Source of the DNA: Candidatus Thermofontivivens primus
Lineage (GTDB): Bacteria > Sysuimicrobiota > Sysuimicrobiia > Sysuimicrobiales > Thermofontiviventaceae
NCBI GenBank assembly: GCA_031458695.1
Contig: JAVKJW010000043.1
Span: 1-16,266, forward strand
Reading direction: 5' to 3'
DNA: 16,266 nucleotides
This document shows, piece by piece, positions 14,941 to 16,266 of the stretch. Below the pieces are notes generated by a model. It was given only the letters and a program-made list of their open reading frames with translations. It made no database searches and was not told where the DNA came from. The translations under genes were made by a program, and so were the position numbers. Numbering within the stretch: position 1 is the stretch's first letter; every line of letters begins with the position of its first letter.

Positions 14941-16266
14941 GGAAGCGTAGTGGCCAGTGGCCATCGGATCGCGACCAGGTGGAGACGGACCCTGGCACCA
15001 GCTATGATACTGTGGTGGTCCTGGACTTCGGCGCTCAGTACGCCCAGCTCATTGCCCGAAGGGTGCGGGAGAGCCGCGTGCACAGTGTGATCCTTCCCTT
15101 CGATGCCTCCCTTGAGGAGATCCAGCGGTATCGGCCAAAAGGAGTCATCCTCTCCGGCGGTCCTGCGAGCGTGTACGAGGCCAATGCACCCCGGTGCGAC
15201 CGCCGCCTCTTCGACTCCGGAATCCCCATCCTGGGAATCTGCTATGGGATGCAGCTTATGGCCCACGAGCTTGGCGGAAGGACCGGACCTGCAGAACGCC
15301 GGGAGTATGGAAGGACCCGTCTCATTGTGGAAGACCCACTGGACCTGTTTGTAGGACTGGAGCGTCGCTTGATCTGCTGGATGAGCCACTCTGACGTGGT
15401 CACCGCTCTCCCACCGGGTTTCCTCACCCTTGCCCACACGGACAACAGTCCCTTCGCGGCCATTGCAGACAGAAACCGGAGGTTGTACGGTGTGCAGTTT
15501 CACCCGGAGGTCACACACACTCCCTGGGGGATGGAGGTGATCCGGAACTTCCTCTTCCGGGTATGTGGATGTCGGCCCTCCTGGACGATGGAGTCGTTCA
15601 TCGACCGGGAGGTGCAGCGCATCCGGGAAGTGGTCGGTGAGGGGCGTGCGATCTGCGCGCTCAGCGGGGGTGTGGATTCCTCCGCAGCCGCTGCTCTGGT
15701 GCACCGTGCCATCGGTGATAGGCTCACATGTATTTTCGTCGACCACGGCCTCTTGCGCAAGGGAGAGCCGGAGCAGGTCATTCGTACCTTCCGCGACCAC
15801 TTCCAGATCCCCCTGGTCTATGTGAACGCGCGGGACCGGTTCCTGGCACGGCTCAAGGGAATCATCGACCCAGAGGAGAAACGGCGCCGCATCGGGGAAG
15901 AATTCATCCAGGTCTTTGAGGAGGAGGCGAGCCGCCTTGGCGAGGTAGACTTCCTCGTCCAAGGGACCCTCTATCCCGACGTGATCGAGAGCGGAACGCG
16001 CGTCGCCGCCCGGATCAAGACCCACCACAATGTGGGAGGGTTGCCCTCTACCATGCACCTCCAGCTCATCGAACCGTTCCGCGAGTTGTTTAAGGACGAG
16101 GTCCGCGAAGTTGCTCGGCAGCTTGGGCTCCCCTCAGAGCTGGTGTGGCGCCATCCCTTCCCGGGCCCTGGGTTGGCTATTCGGATCGTCGGGGAGGTAA
16201 CGGCCGAGCGGCTGGAGATCTTGCGCGAGGCTGATGCGATTCTCTTGGAGGAGCTCACCTCGGCGG
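14937..16266 (+). CDS. guaA: GMP synthase (glutamine-hydrolysing), 3'-truncated by the window edge
   Basis: Missing from the ORF track because there is no stop in the window. Manual translation gives [58 protein letters not shown] and [12 protein letters not shown] 14937 overlaps the guaB3 TGA; GTG 14979 is an alternative start. Confidence 0.96.
   Translation, partial: MRKRSGQWPSDRDQVETDPGTSYDTVVVLDFGAQYAQLIARRVRESRVHSVILPFDASLEEIQRYRPKGVILSGGPASVYEANAPRCDRRLFDSGIPILGICYGMQLMAHELGGRTGPAERREYGRTRLIVEDPLDLFVGLERRLICWMSHSDVVTALPPGFLTLAHTDNSPFAAIADRNRRLYGVQFHPEVTHTPWGMEVIRNFLFRVCGCRPSWTMESFIDREVQRIREVVGEGRAICALSGGVDSSAAAALVHRAIGDRLTCIFVDHGLLRKGEPEQVIRTFRDHFQIPLVYVNARDRFLARLKGIIDPEEKRRRIGEEFIQVFEEEASRLGEVDFLVQGTLYPDVIESGTRVAARIKTHHNVGGLPSTMHLQLIEPFRELFKDEVREVARQLGLPSELVWRHPFPGPGLAIRIVGEVTAERLEILREADAILLEELTSA

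Noticed and set aside
14223..16058. 611-aa minus-strand ORF
   Set aside because: Antisense shadow of guaB3/guaA, typical of high-GC DNA, with no recognisable motifs.
1..16266. CRISPR arrays, tRNA/rRNA genes, transposases, prophage genes
   Set aside because: No regularly spaced repeats, cloverleaf motifs or mobile-element ORFs were seen, so an arbitrium-like phage context for the peptide system is not supported in this window.

Overview
High-GC bacterial chromosomal window of mostly housekeeping genes. In order: a secreted phosphodiesterase/NPP-family gene, HpcH/HpaI aldolase, fumC, a small orphan ORF, nitroreductase, alkA-like glycosylase, a PPOX/F420-class oxidoreductase, a PyrR-attenuated pyrB-pyrC-pyrD-pyrF-pyrE operon, then hpt, guaB3 and guaA (guaA runs off the right edge). 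The standout is 6204-7935 on the minus strand: an XRE-HTH + TPR regulator with RRNPP (NprR/PlcR-like) architecture, preceded by a hidden 47-aa secreted propeptide gene (7661-7804). The peptide gene has a sigma-H-like promoter and the regulator has its own sigma-A/70 promoter, so this is a candidate peptide cell-cell communication system. The same sigma-H-like motif (AGGA-N17-GAA[T/C]) lies upstream of the aldolase-fumC unit and overlaps the sigma-A promoter of the pyr operon. Degenerate REP-like palindromes sit in the 3' ends of pyrB, pyrC and pyrD and just after alkA. All family calls come from motif recognition by eye; no database searches were run.
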